A DNA stretch of 63,527 nt, the filler included, from Octopus bimaculoides (Eukaryota): the NCBI RefSeq assembly GCF_001194135.2. It is 8 parts of 8 records of this genome, joined end to end, with 100 filler letters (N's around TTAATTAATTAA, not from the genome) between each part and the next. Parts side by side here need not be neighbours in the genome. Positions count along the whole stretch, not along the records: positions 51,748 to 55,287 come from NW_026335196.1; positions 55,388 to 60,996 come from NC_068981.1; positions 61,097 to 63,527 come from NW_026409935.1; 5 more parts are not named here. One strand, written 5' to 3'. The position numbers and the translations under genes are program-made. The notes beneath the pieces were generated by a model. The model was not told the origin of the DNA. It did not search any database and saw only the letters and a program-made list of their open reading frames with translations. Shown piece by piece: positions 52,059 through 63,527 of this stretch. Each line of letters starts with the position of its first letter. Positions within the stretch are counted from its first letter, which is position 1.

Positions 52059-53234
52059 TATATATATATATATTCTTTTGGGGAAACGGAGGATCTCGAA
52101 GTAGAAAAACCAATAAGCAATGGCATGTAAGAATTGGACAGAAAAATAACCCTTGAATAGGAAAAACCCATGGCCTTTGAGTTTTTGTATTCAAAGGATC
52201 TTTAACCCAATACTCAGATGCCATTTTTGTAGCTTCATCTGCTTCGAGATCCACTGTTCCAAAAAGAATTATTTCAGTTTATCAACTCTCATGACGTCAA
52301 CAATATGTGTGTATGTGTATGTGGCGGGGGTTATACATGAATAAAATAATACGTTTACAAATATTAAAGTTGATCCAGTTGTGACCATCCCGTCTATTTT
52401 CCTGTATGCATGGAACGCTGCATCATATTAGACAGCATAATTTGAGGGTGATCTGTCAGCTATTTTTAGAGGAGCGCTTGGCCTAATACAGGCTTCCTTA
52501 TTAGCCTGTATATGTAGTGGTGGGCAGGGATAGACTGGGAAAGTGTTTGGAAAGGCAGCATATTGTATTTCGACAGGAATACATTGGAAAGAATCGCGGA
52601 AGAGATTGATAGAGGTTGGGGGGTTGGGCAAAGAATTGAGGAATACGCAGGGGAGATGATAGGATAGATAGATAGATAGATAGATAGATAGAGATAGACA
52701 CAGATATATATGACAAGCAACAACAACAACAACAGCAGCGGTCGGCACATCAGCAGACCTGCCGAGACCAGCAGACGGGAAGTAGCTCCGGTGCACCATT
52801 TATTTCCGAAGGCCGCCATATTGTCATCAGAAAGATGACATTGTCGAATGTAATGAAGCGTGAAGACAAAAAATGGTGCGGAGGAATAGTCTTATACTCT
52901 GGGTTTCCGTCTGGAGAGGGATCCGTGTGTAGGGATGTCTGTGTGTGTTTTGGAGGTCTTTTTGTGTGATTGTGTGACAGAGAATATGGCCGTTTTATGT
53001 TCAGTGTATTTGGATGTGTCCTGTGAGATTGTGATTACTTGTGGCGTACGATTATATACGTGATTGTTTATGTATGTGTTTGTGTGTGTGTAAATTTGGA
53101 CGTTGGTGGTGTTAATCCGTAAGTGTGTGTGTCTTGAGAGCGTGATTAAATAGGTGTATGAATGTGTATATTTATTGCATACACACACATATACATACAC
53201 ACACATGTATATGCATTTGATCGATGGTGATGGA

Positions 53235-53265
<31 letters not shown>

Positions 53266-53429
53266 CGGCGTGTCTGGTTGTGTGTGTATGTGTTCGTGTG
53301 GAGAGGGACTGTGTGTGTATATATTACCTTTGTGTTTGTCTATGCGCATTGTGGATAGTGATGGTGTGTGTGTGTGTATAGACAGACAGACAGAAAAACA
53401 AATATATATACACATGCATTAACGGTAGT

Positions 53430-53516
<87 letters not shown>

Positions 53517-54308
53517 TCAACGGTGGTGAGTATATGTGTATATATTTCCGTGTGGGGGTGTGTGGTTATACGTGATGTGTGTGTGTGCATGTGTACGAGT
53601 TTCTGTATGTGCGTATGTGTGTGAGAAAGTGGTGAGGTTGTGATTACGTNNNNNNNNNNNNNNNNNNNNNNNNNNNNNNNNNNNNNNNNNNNNNNNNNNN
53701 NNNNNNNNNNNNNNNNNNNNNNNNNNNNNNNNNNNNNNNNNNNNNNNNNNNNNNNNNNNNNNNNNNNNNNNNNNNNNNNNNNNNNNNNNNNNNNNNNNNN
53801 NNNNNNNNNNNNNNNNNNNNNNNNNNNNNNNNNNNNNNNNNNNNNNNNNNNNNNNNNNNNNNNNNNNNNNNNNNNNNNNNNNNNNNNNNNNNNNNNNNNN
53901 NNNNNNNNNNNNNNNNNNNNNNNNNNNNNNNNNNNNNNNNNNNNNNNNNNNNNNNNNNNNNNNNNNNNNNNNNNNNNNNNNNNNNNNNNNNNNNNNNNNN
54001 NNNNNNNNNNNNNNNNNNNNNNNNNNNNNNNNNNNNNNNNNNNNNNNNNNNNNNNNNNNNNNNNNNNNNNNNNNNNNNNNNNNNNNNNNNNNNNNNNNNN
54101 NNNNNNNNNNNNNNNNNNNNNNNNNNNNNNNNNNNNNNNNNNNNNNNNNNNNNNNNNNNNNNNNNNNNNNNNNNNNNNNNNNNNNNNNNNNNNNNNNNNN
54201 NNNNNNNNNNNNNNNNNNNNNNNNNNNNNNNNNNNNNNNNNNNNNNNNNNNNNNNNNNNNNNNNNNNTTGATGATACTGGTGTTGTTGATGATGATGATG
54301 ATGATGAT

Positions 54309-54520
54309 GGCGGCTAGCTGGCAGAATCGTTAGCGCGCCGGACGAAATGCTTAGCGGTATTTCGTCTGCCGTTACGTTCTGAGTTCAAATTCCGCCGAGG
54401 TCGACTTTGTCTTTCATCCTTTCGAGGTCGATAAATTAAGTACCAGTTACGCACTGGGGAGTCGATGTAATCGACTTAATCCCTTTGTCTGTCCTTGTTT
54501 GTCCCCTCTGTGTTTAGTCG
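54309..54520 (+). mobile_element. SINE family 2 copy
   Basis: Matches 33203-33430. Confidence 0.88.
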
Positions 54521-54920
54521 CCTGGCGCAGTAATAGACCGCTCCCAGCATCTCAACCACTTTTGGAATCCGGTCTGGAAGTCGTTTTCTGCAAGCGAGTC
54601 CAAGACATTCTGCGACTCGCCCTGGATCTTGACAACGATGTTAAAACGGCTACGTTTGAGCAGTATTTTCATCTTGGGGAAGAAATAGAAGTCTGTAGGG
54701 GTCAAATCTGGTGAATAGAGCGGGTGCGAAGGGGATGCTATATTGTTTTTGGCGAGATCAGCACCATAGATCAAAGAATCAGTATGCTGAAGGTGGACTG
54801 GCCTAGGGCTAAAATAATAAACAAAATTGTGGAATGCTGCTAAATGCTTCACACAAAAACTGAAAGATTTTCTACACAGTTGCAGGAAAGTTGGTAAGGT
54901 TTAATTTGGAGCTGCGTATA
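54514..54920 (-). mobile_element. Mariner (DD34D-type) transposase 3' remnant
   Basis: ORF 54514..54852 contains HPLYSPDLTPTDFYFFPKMK (HPPYSPDLAP motif) and DFQTGFQKW..WERSI. Confidence 0.85.
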
Positions 54921-55067
54921 TGCAGAACTCTATAATGTTAATGTTATATATATATATATGTGTGTGTGTATGTGTGTGTGTGTGTGTGTAAATAAATATA
55001 TATATGAATATATAGGTAGAATTTANNNNNNNNNNAATATATAGGTAGAATTTAGGGATATATGTGC

Positions 55068-55120
<53 letters not shown>

Positions 55121-55256
55121 CACGCGTGCATATATATACGTGCATATTTACACAAAATGCACATAAATATTTACATATATCTATATACGTATGTATGTAT
55201 ATATGCGCGTGTGTGTGTGTGTATACACAGATATATATACATACATAAATATTATA

Positions 55257-55287
<31 letters not shown>

Positions 55288-56109
55288 NNNNNNNNNNNNN
55301 NNNNNNNNNNNNNNNNNNNNNNNNNNNNNNNTTAATTAATTAANNNNNNNNNNNNNNNNNNNNNNNNNNNNNNNNNNNNNNNNNNNNGTTTTGACTGCAT
55401 GAATTCCTTGAAATGGAAGAATTTACAGTTGGATGGGTAATTCAAGTCATGGCAGATGGTTGAACTGCTAGTGAGGGTGGGTTGACCCACCACACTGTTT
55501 GGACATATTTCCAAAATGGTGATTAAATTGTAATTTATACTCTTTAAGCAGTATCTTCTTACTGTTCTGTATCTAGTCTAGTAAAATCCTGCTTGGCAAA
55601 TAATGCATTGCACACTCATTTGAACAGCAGGTAAATGGTTCAACATGGTTGTTCGAACTGCTAGATATAGCAGCCAGATCTCACTGAGAACTATATATAT
55701 ATTATAGATAGACAGAGAGAGAGAAGGTGGGAGAGGAGGAAAGGAGAGAACTAGAGACAGAAAATATAAAATTTCTTTGGAGTAGAGAATTCCCAACGTT
55801 TTAGACAAAGTTCTTTGAGGAGTGAGAAAGTTTTCCATCGTCCTTAGTCTATGAGAATGTGGACAGAGTACAGAAAATGGCAGACAAATAATCAGGAGAG
55901 GCTGAAGTTGTCAGAGGCCAAATAGTAGTAGTGAGAGAAAGGAGGAAGAAATTTAGGGAGAAGATGAGAATGGAGAAGGAGAAATGATAAAACTAGTAAG
56001 GAGAGAGAGAGAGAAAAGGGAGAAAGGGTGGGGGAAGAATTGTAGGTCCAGTTAAAGAATATTGTCAATATTGCTTCATATTGACCTAAACACAGAAATA
56101 GTGTCATCC

Positions 56110-56180
56110 GTCAGTTGTTCAGTACAGGGTAAGGCTTACCTTTCTAAGGTTGGCTTAACTTCACATCTTGCCTTCATGCA
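56110..56180 (+). mobile_element. LINE C-terminal zinc-knuckle remnant (RTE-like)
   Basis: CSVQGKAYLSKVGLTSHL resembles the RTE C-terminal C..C.K.C.S..GL.SH motif. Confidence 0.4.
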
Positions 56181-56474
56181 GTTGACTCAGGTGGTACAAA
56201 GATCATTCCATCAAATGTGCCGGAAGCGTGAGGTTCATAGTTAAAGGGGTCAGGTGAACTGTTAATGCCTCACTGTCTGTTGATTGGCTAAAATTACCTA
56301 AATTACCCAACTTTAATTCTAAATAACATCAGATTCTTTAATTTACGAGATAAAGTAATTGATTGATCGTAATCAAAATTCAGAGTTGCATTGATACCAA
56401 AATTGGAAGCAATCTGAACAAAATTAAAGGGGGCTCATTTTGCGAATGAAAAAGACTAGATCCAAATTCTAGCC

Positions 56475-57760
56475 GTCTGTGCTTCAGGTGTTCTGCTAGG
56501 ATATTGTTCACTCCTCATGAGTTTTCATCTTTGAGCATGCCTGGCATTGTCCAGGTTGCATATTGACTGAGTTTGGAATGAAAGAGTTCTTTACATCATC
56601 TTCAAATCTTCAATGACAAACAGTAGCAATAGAATGCTTTATTTTATTAGCATTTTTAGTATCCCCAAAGTAGCTTTACTATTACTATTCCTAGATTCAA
56701 TGTTACCACATTGGTCTGTTATCCATTTCTTGATTCCTTCATTTTCTTTCTGATCTTATTCACAGTGCTGTGTTGCTGAACTGCTTCATAATCTGTAAAT
56801 TGGATTTTATTCAGATCTTGTCTTGTATCACATAGATTTATGGTGTTATTAGTGTCCCATATTTTATCATTTTCTTCTTTTTTCTGGAATTTCTAAAGCT
56901 TATTCAAGAAGTGATTTCTTTTTGTTGTTAGTCAGAGTGTGATGTTTTCTCCTATAAATCTGCTGCATACATTGGCCTCAAATACTTCTGCAGATTCTGA
57001 ATCTTTCAATTTGTTGCATTGATTCTAATGCATAGAATTCTTCACTCATTTCTTTAAACTTGAACTTGAGCAACATCAATTCCATGTCATGATCATATTT
57101 GGTGGCCAACATTTGCATCAAGAAAGGTTCTGGTTTTGTCCTTATTAATACTGAACTAGAATTTTTGAGGTATAAGAAGAAAGTTAAACTGGTCAGGAAT
57201 TTCGCCATTTGATGCATGCCATGTTGCTTATTGACAGGTGTTACAGGAGCATGATATATGTTGACTAGAGTAATCTTGTGACTAAAAATCATAGTCTACA
57301 AATATTTGTTTCACCATTCACAAATCTCCAAACATCTGGACCTACTTTGGCATTCTTGTCATGTAAGACGTTTTTCATTAGAACTGCCTTTATGATTTTT
57401 TTAATATATTTTAATTTTTCAGTCTTTGTAAAACTCTAAGACTGCATCATCATCATATTCAAGTGTTTGAACATAGACTTGGAAGATGTTATTGTTGTGC
57501 ACCTTGCAGCAATACGTATGGCGATGAGTCTTCTGGATACTGGTTTGAAGTTGATAACTGGGTTTACTCTGTTCTTGTTAACAGTGAAGCCCACTTCTTG
57601 TTGGTGCTCAGTCTTCGTTGAATGAATCACAATTTGTGGTCTTCATCATAACCATCTCTCACATTTCATTTCTCCTAACTTCAACTAGGCCAGAAATGTC
57701 CCATGTGTCTTGGATAAGGAAATGATTATTGGCACCCAGCTCCTCTCCATTCAGTCTAGT
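56475..57760 (-). mobile_element. RTE-clade LINE remnant (APE endonuclease and linker up to just before RT)
   Basis: EVGFTVNK..VINFKPVSRRLIAIRI, DHDMELMLLKFK, KLKDSESAEVF, NKIRKKMKE and GVNNILAEHLK motifs across broken frames. Confidence 0.75.
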
Positions 57761-58104
57761 CTCCCACTAAGTTTAACCTGATAGTAGAAGCAATTACTGG
57801 TGTGTGGCTGAGAAAAGATCTCAAAGCCAGAAGCATGTCAGGTGCCTGATATCAACTGAACACCCTATGTATGTGTGTGTATGCATATGTAGGTGAGTAT
57901 GTGTGTGTGTGTGTGTGTGTGTATGTGCATACACATATATTGGATTGCCAGATAAATTCATTCATTTCTTTCTAGTGTTATTTGAATTAACTTGAAAAAT
58001 ATTTTTAACATTGTTTTAGGGTGTTTTTTTTTTTGCTTTATTTTGTATTTTTGTATTCATCCTTTATAACTTCGTCACTTTTAAAATTTGAATAAATTTT
58101 TATC

Positions 58105-58710
58105 TCATTTCAAACATGACAATGAAGTGTCAAGTAGAAAAAATTAGCATTTTCAACACCTGCTTCTCTTCACTTTCAATCACGGTTCCAAAGTTGTCAA
58201 AGCCACTTGAGACATTTGTACTGTCTACAAAGAAGGCATTACTGCTGAAAGAACTGCACAGAAATGGTTTTCATGTTTCAAGGAGGGGAAATTCAACTTC
58301 ACAGTTGGTTAACTAGTTTAGTTCAATGTAGGTTGATTAAACAAGCTCATCCACAAGGATCTGAGCCAATCTACTTGGTAATTGGCCCAACAGATGGGAT
58401 GCTCTCATAATACCATTACCTGTCACCTTCACTTGATAGGTAAAGTCCAGAAATTCAGTACATGGGTGGCACATGCTCTGGATAAGAGAGACAAACTCCA
58501 GCACTCCTCTATGGCTGCCAGTTTGCTTGCTTGACACCAGGTTACTCATGGATACAAACAAGCATTTCTTTACTGCATCATTGCTGGTGATGAAAAACGG
58601 TGTCTTTAGGTCAATATGAAGCAGAGGAAAGAATGATTGAGTGCCAACAAGCAAACAACACCTCGAGCCAAGACAAAACTGCAATCATTCTGGGACCCGG
58701 AAGGAGGATC
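58105..58710 (+). mobile_element. Mariner (Mos1-like) transposase 5' remnant, with stops and frameshifts
   Basis: Translations HLLLFTFNHGSK, ERTAQKWFSCFKEG, HLHLIGKVQKFSTWVAHAL and CIIAGDEKRCL match the mariner HTH and first-Asp regions. Confidence 0.85.
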
Positions 58711-60938
58711 TATGGTTGGAAAGACATTTCTTAAAGGAAGTTCATGTGCATCCAGTCTATTTCCTTGGTTGCATGGAGTTGGTGTTGTGCCTATTACTGC
58801 TGTTGTTGTTGCTGCTACTGCTGCTACTGCTGCTACTCTCAGTGCTGTTGTTGCTGCTGTTGCAGTTGTAGTTGTCGTTGTTGTTGCTGCTATTGGTGCC
58901 GCTTTTGTTGTTGCTGCTGTTGCTGCTAATGGAGTTGATTCTGGTGGTGCTGCAGCTGGGGCTGTTGGTGGTGGTGCCACTGGAGGTGGTAGTTGCATCG
59001 GTAGTGCTACTGTCTCCTTCCTTTAAGAAACGTTTTTCAAACTACAGATCCTCCTTCTGGGTCCTGGAAAGGAGATATGTAACACCACAGGCCAGCCATG
59101 TCTGGCAACTGAAGGAAGATGGAGTTCCATACTTGATGTCAGGGAAAATCCTGCACCGTCCAGGTCCATACATAAATGGAAAACACTGGAAACTATGCAT
59201 AGCTAGATGCATGGAAATCCTGAAAAACTCACATGTACCAGGGACCATATTGAACTCCAGAACGGAGATTTTCAGGCCATGCTTGCATTTCAAAAGATTC
59301 CTGTTAGTGTTTTGAGAACCGCATAATAGCGATAATAGCAGTATTAACGATAATTACACCATGGTTGGAAATTGATTACTGATGAGAGTGGGAGATAACC
59401 CCTATCTTTTACCTTCATAGTCGACAGGTGGTGTAACTGAAGGAGGATGACACAGCCAGAAGACCAGCAGCAAAGGGAAATAATCCCCATTATTATATCT
59501 GTATCATTTCCCCCCTCCATATTTTAACAAGGCCATAGGCTAACAGGTCTTAGGATCTGAAGATACACCATAAAAGTATGCTTCATGGCACAAAACCCAG
59601 GGTAACCTTATAAACCAGCCTTCACCAGTAATTAATATAGACTGCTCCACTTCTTAGAGTGGGCTTCTTCTCTGGATTTATGTTTCTCTTAAAACACGAT
59701 ATAAACACACACACACNNNNNNNNNNNNNNNNNNNNNNNNNNNNNNNNNNNNNNNNNNNNNNNNNNNNNNNNNNNNNNNNNNNNNNNNNNNNNNNNNNNN
59801 NNNNNNNNNNNNNNNNNNNNNNNNNNNNNNNNNNNNNNNNNNNNNNNNNNNNNNNNNNNNNNNNNNNNNNNNNNNNNNNNNNNNNNNNNNNNNNNNNNNN
59901 NNNNNNNNNNNNNNNNNNNNNNNNNNNNNNNNNNNNNNNNNNNNNNNNNNNNNNNNNNNNNNNNNNNNNNNNNNNNNNNNNNNNNNNNNNNNNNNNNNNN
60001 NNNNNNNNNNNNNNNNNNNNNNNNNNNNNNNNNNNNNNNNNNNNNNNNNNNNNNNNNNNNNNNNNNNNNNNNNNNNNNNNNNNNNNNNNNNNNNNNNNNN
60101 NNNNNNNNNNNNNNNNNNNNNNNNNNNNNNNNNNNNNNNNNNNNNNNNNNNNNNNNNNNNNNNNNNNNNNNNNNNNNNNNNNNNNNNNNNNNNNNNNNNN
60201 NNNNNNNNNNNNNNNNNNNNNNNNNNNNNNNNNNNNNNNNNNNNNNNNNNNNNNNNNNNNNNNNNNNNNNNNNNNNNNNNNNNNNNNNNNNNNNNNNNNN
60301 NNNNNNNNNNNNNNNNNNNNNNNNNNNNNNNNNNNNNNNNNNNNNNNNNNNNNNNNNNNNNNNNNNNNNNNNNNNNNNNNNNNNNNNNNNNNNNCTTGTG
60401 TGTTTCTGTTAGTGTATTGTAATTGTATCCTTTATTATGAAATCTGTGTTTTGAGTGTTACAGAGTATAAGTAGAAAACAAAACAAAACGTAGATATGCA
60501 CGTGTGTAAGAGTGTGTATATAAAGATACACACACACACACACACACATATAAGTATGTATGTATGTCTGTATTCTGTGAGTGTATGTTTGTGTTTGCAG
60601 AGATAAATGCATGCAGTTGGAGCATCAAAGAAATACAACTGATAAGAAGTCTCAACAAAACTGGTAATCGGAAAATGACTTGACATGTCTATATTAACAG
60701 CCTTTCTGGCAACATTTTGTATCCTCTTTGCTTCCTTCTACTCTGTTGTATGTTAATTTGACAATAAGTTTTTATTACGGAATTTACATTAAGCAACCAC
60801 TAACCACTCTGTGTTAATGAAACATATGTAAGACGGAATTCAAAATGTGCTGTTTTGTTTGATATATACATGTACATACAATATACACACATGAATGTAT
60901 GTGTGTGTGTATGTGTTTGTATATGTGTGTATTTATAT

Positions 60939-60996
<58 letters not shown>

Positions 60997-62212
60997 NNNN
61001 NNNNNNNNNNNNNNNNNNNNNNNNNNNNNNNNNNNNNNNNTTAATTAATTAANNNNNNNNNNNNNNNNNNNNNNNNNNNNNNNNNNNNNNNNNNNNATAT
61101 ATATAAACGGTCAGTTTGGCTTTGTGGCTGTGTAGCTTGCTACTGGCTTTGGCAGAGGGAAGCAAAACACGTCTGTACATTTCAAGTGTACATTTCAAGA
61201 GCCAAGTGACATACTTTATAAAGTATCATTGTCTAAAACATGTCATCTTTGGAAGCAATATTCGTGACAGTTTGAAGTCGAAATTAATGACAAATCTAAG
61301 CTTAAGTGAGAGGATTTTGGTGGAAATCATCACAAACAAATATGACTCTCATCTAGCTTTTACGAGCATACAGAACATTTTCCATTTGACAAGAAAAAGT
61401 AAGAGTCGCGAGAAATCGGCAGAATCAAATAATATAAACAGTAAAAAAAAGCAACTGAAAAAACTGAAATGGGTCCATTGGATCCATTGGTAGACCGAAG
61501 GTCAATGTAAATGTACCAGGAAGAGAGCCATTCCAGCAGATTAAGAAGTTGTAGAGAAAACATTATGTTGAGTTTTTAAATTTTGTCGAGTTTCGGTAAT
61601 TTCATACCATGTGTCATTTTTCAATGACCCTCTTCATTTGCCCAAGATATTTTTAATTTTTGCTGCATTTATGATTTTTTTTTTTTATGTCTAAGGATGG
61701 ATAGTGATGTATATGAATCTTTTTCCAAACGCAATTATGGAGAAGTATAGAGGCAAATTTACCTTATTTTTGTCTACTCATTTTGCCACACTTAAGCTTG
61801 TTTTTTGTATGCTAAAAGAGAACAGATAAATATCTGAAATAATTTTCTGGAATGAGTACTATTATTTTTTTACGCATTTACAAGTCATTTGCTTAGCTGA
61901 TATAGTTTTTGTAAGGTAGTGGACATTAATCAATTTTTTTCATTTCAGAGTAATAAATGAAGTAAATATTATTCATTGCGCCCCACAAAGTTAATTGATA
62001 AAATAAAATGAAAAAACAAATAATCTAGACTGTGAAACAGGATGTAGAAACTTGTACGTATTTGTTTTTTTTATATTTAAATAGTTTAATACTGCTAATA
62101 AAAATGGGCGGTCACAGCTGGCAAAGGAAATTACAATGACGTAAATCAACAAAGCGAAAATAATTCAGAAATATTTTATGACTTGGTGGAGCCTGTGTAT
62201 AACGCAGAGAGT

Positions 62213-62580
62213 GGAGGTTCAATGGCCCAGTAGTTAGGGCAACCGACTCGCGGTCGTAGGATCGCGGTTTTGATTCCTAGACCGGGCGCTGTGAGTGCTT
62301 ATTGAGCGAAAACACCTAAAGCTCCACGAGGTTCCGGCAGGGGGTGGTAACAAACGCTGCTGTATTCACCACAACTTTCACTCTTTCTTCCTGTTTCTGC
62401 TGTACCTGTATTTCAAAGGGCCAACTTTGTCACACTGTGTCATGCTGAATCTCTCCGAGAATTACGTTAAGGGTACACGTGTCTGTGGAGTGCTCAGCCA
62501 CTTGTACGTTAATTTCACGAGCAGGCTGGTCGGGTCAACTGGAACTCTCGTCGTCGTAACTAACGGAGTGCCACGACGAT
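62213..62580 (+). mobile_element. SINE family 3 full-length copy
   Basis: Matches 35418-35805. Confidence 0.9.
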
Positions 62581-62998
62581 AACGTAGAGAGAAATAAGAG
62601 AGTGAACAGTTTTTCTTTGTTTTTTTGCCGGGTGACCGAAAAAAGGACAAATATTCTATAAAAGTAAGAGATTCAAATTTTTAATAAGAGAAAACGGGCT
62701 GGGGGTACAACCTGCTCCAGTATTTTTAGCATGTCATTTGAAGTCTTTGATGAGTATAGTTGTTTGGGAGTGATTTTCTTTTATTGTCAGATAATATTTT
62801 ATTTAAAGAACAGCGAGCGGTGGATAAAATCTTTAGCTATATTTCGTCCGTCTTCACGTCGTGACTTCAAATTTCGCCAGGATCAGCTTTGTCTTTCGTC
62901 CCTTCGAGGTCGATAAAATAAGAACCAGTTAAACACTGGAGTCGATGTAATCCAGTGGTTCCTAACCTTTTTATTTAAATGAGTTTTTCCCACTGACC

Positions 62999-63033
<35 letters not shown>

Positions 63034-63034
63034 A

Positions 63035-63480
63035 AAAAACAATAACAAAAAAACAAAAAACAACAAAGTGAGGACGTGATATGGATAGTATTATTGGACG
63101 CTCAGGAAAGGAAAGAGAGAGTGTATGACGTTTCGGGCGTAGCCCTTCGTCGGAAAGATGGAAAGTTCGGAGAATGGAAGAACGGAGAAAGAGGAAAATG
63201 GTACCGATGCCCACGAGGTTACATTATGAAAAGACCGGAAGATATATATGCCTCATCTTTGAAACCCCTAGTTTAGAATAGAGGCAGCTGATGAAGGAAA
63301 AGTTCCATAAGTGGCTCGTCTGTTTTCCTATGTGTTCATTTTGTTTGTAAAAAAAGGCCGTTTTTGTGCTTTATGTTCCCGTTCCTTTCCTGACGTCCTG
63401 TACCCGGATATGCATCTATATATACATGTAGATGTAGATATGTACATATATGTATGTGTACATGCATATGCTCATACATC
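63035..63480 (+). mobile_element. Dispersed repeat (Penelope-like terminal region); its 3' part is also at 28735-29010
   Basis: Shares sequence with 7640-7885 (reverse complement) and with 28735-29010 (GGCAGCTGATGAAGGAAA..GATATGCATCTATATATACATGTAGATGTAG). Confidence 0.75.
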
Positions 63481-63484
63481 ATTT

Positions 63485-63527
<43 letters not shown>

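Noticed and set aside
58606-59026. Ala/Thr/Val-rich ORFs and Cys-rich frame
   Set aside because: Trinucleotide low-complexity tract inserted after a mariner remnant.
61116-61493. 125-aa ORF with hydrophobic N-terminus
   Set aside because: Starts at a TTG next to a linker, has no recognisable domain, and the other frames are broken; insufficient support.
45-63276. Most ORFs in the supplied track (IYIY, CVCV, THTH, LSLS, poly-X runs)
   Set aside because: Translations of microsatellites or of N gaps; no splice or homology support.

Overview
AT-rich, microsatellite-saturated, heavily gapped animal genomic DNA. The repeat families look like those of Octopus/coleoid cephalopods; this is recalled, not database-verified. 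Seven identical 100-nt spacers (N44-TTAATTAATTAA-N44) show the window is a concatenation of about 8 separately assembled pieces, so long-range order is not guaranteed. The only confidently identifiable gene is a partial MPND (RAMA domain plus MPN/JAMM deubiquitinase-like domain) on the + strand. It has 7 phase-compatible GT-AG exons at 15662-26063, mostly missed by the ORF track; its first coding exon(s) and the exons carrying the JAMM HxH motif were not found. The RAMA-MPN linker carries a Gln/Pro/His-rich insertion with five KVQLSP-type repeats and a CtBP-type ALNLS motif. The rest is decayed mobile DNA: a DD37D (maT) Tc1/mariner, two mariner remnants, RTE, R4/Dong-like and L1/Tx1-like LINE fragments, Penelope-like fragments with hammerhead-like motifs, piggyBac-type and TA-flanked MITEs, foldback palindromes and at least five SINE families. 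Nearly all ORFs in the supplied track are microsatellite or N-run artefacts. I found no well-supported novel multi-gene system. The best leads are the MPND linker repeats, an orphan 'MTGRG' first exon that may be the misplaced MPND start, and degenerate hammerhead-like palindromic motifs.
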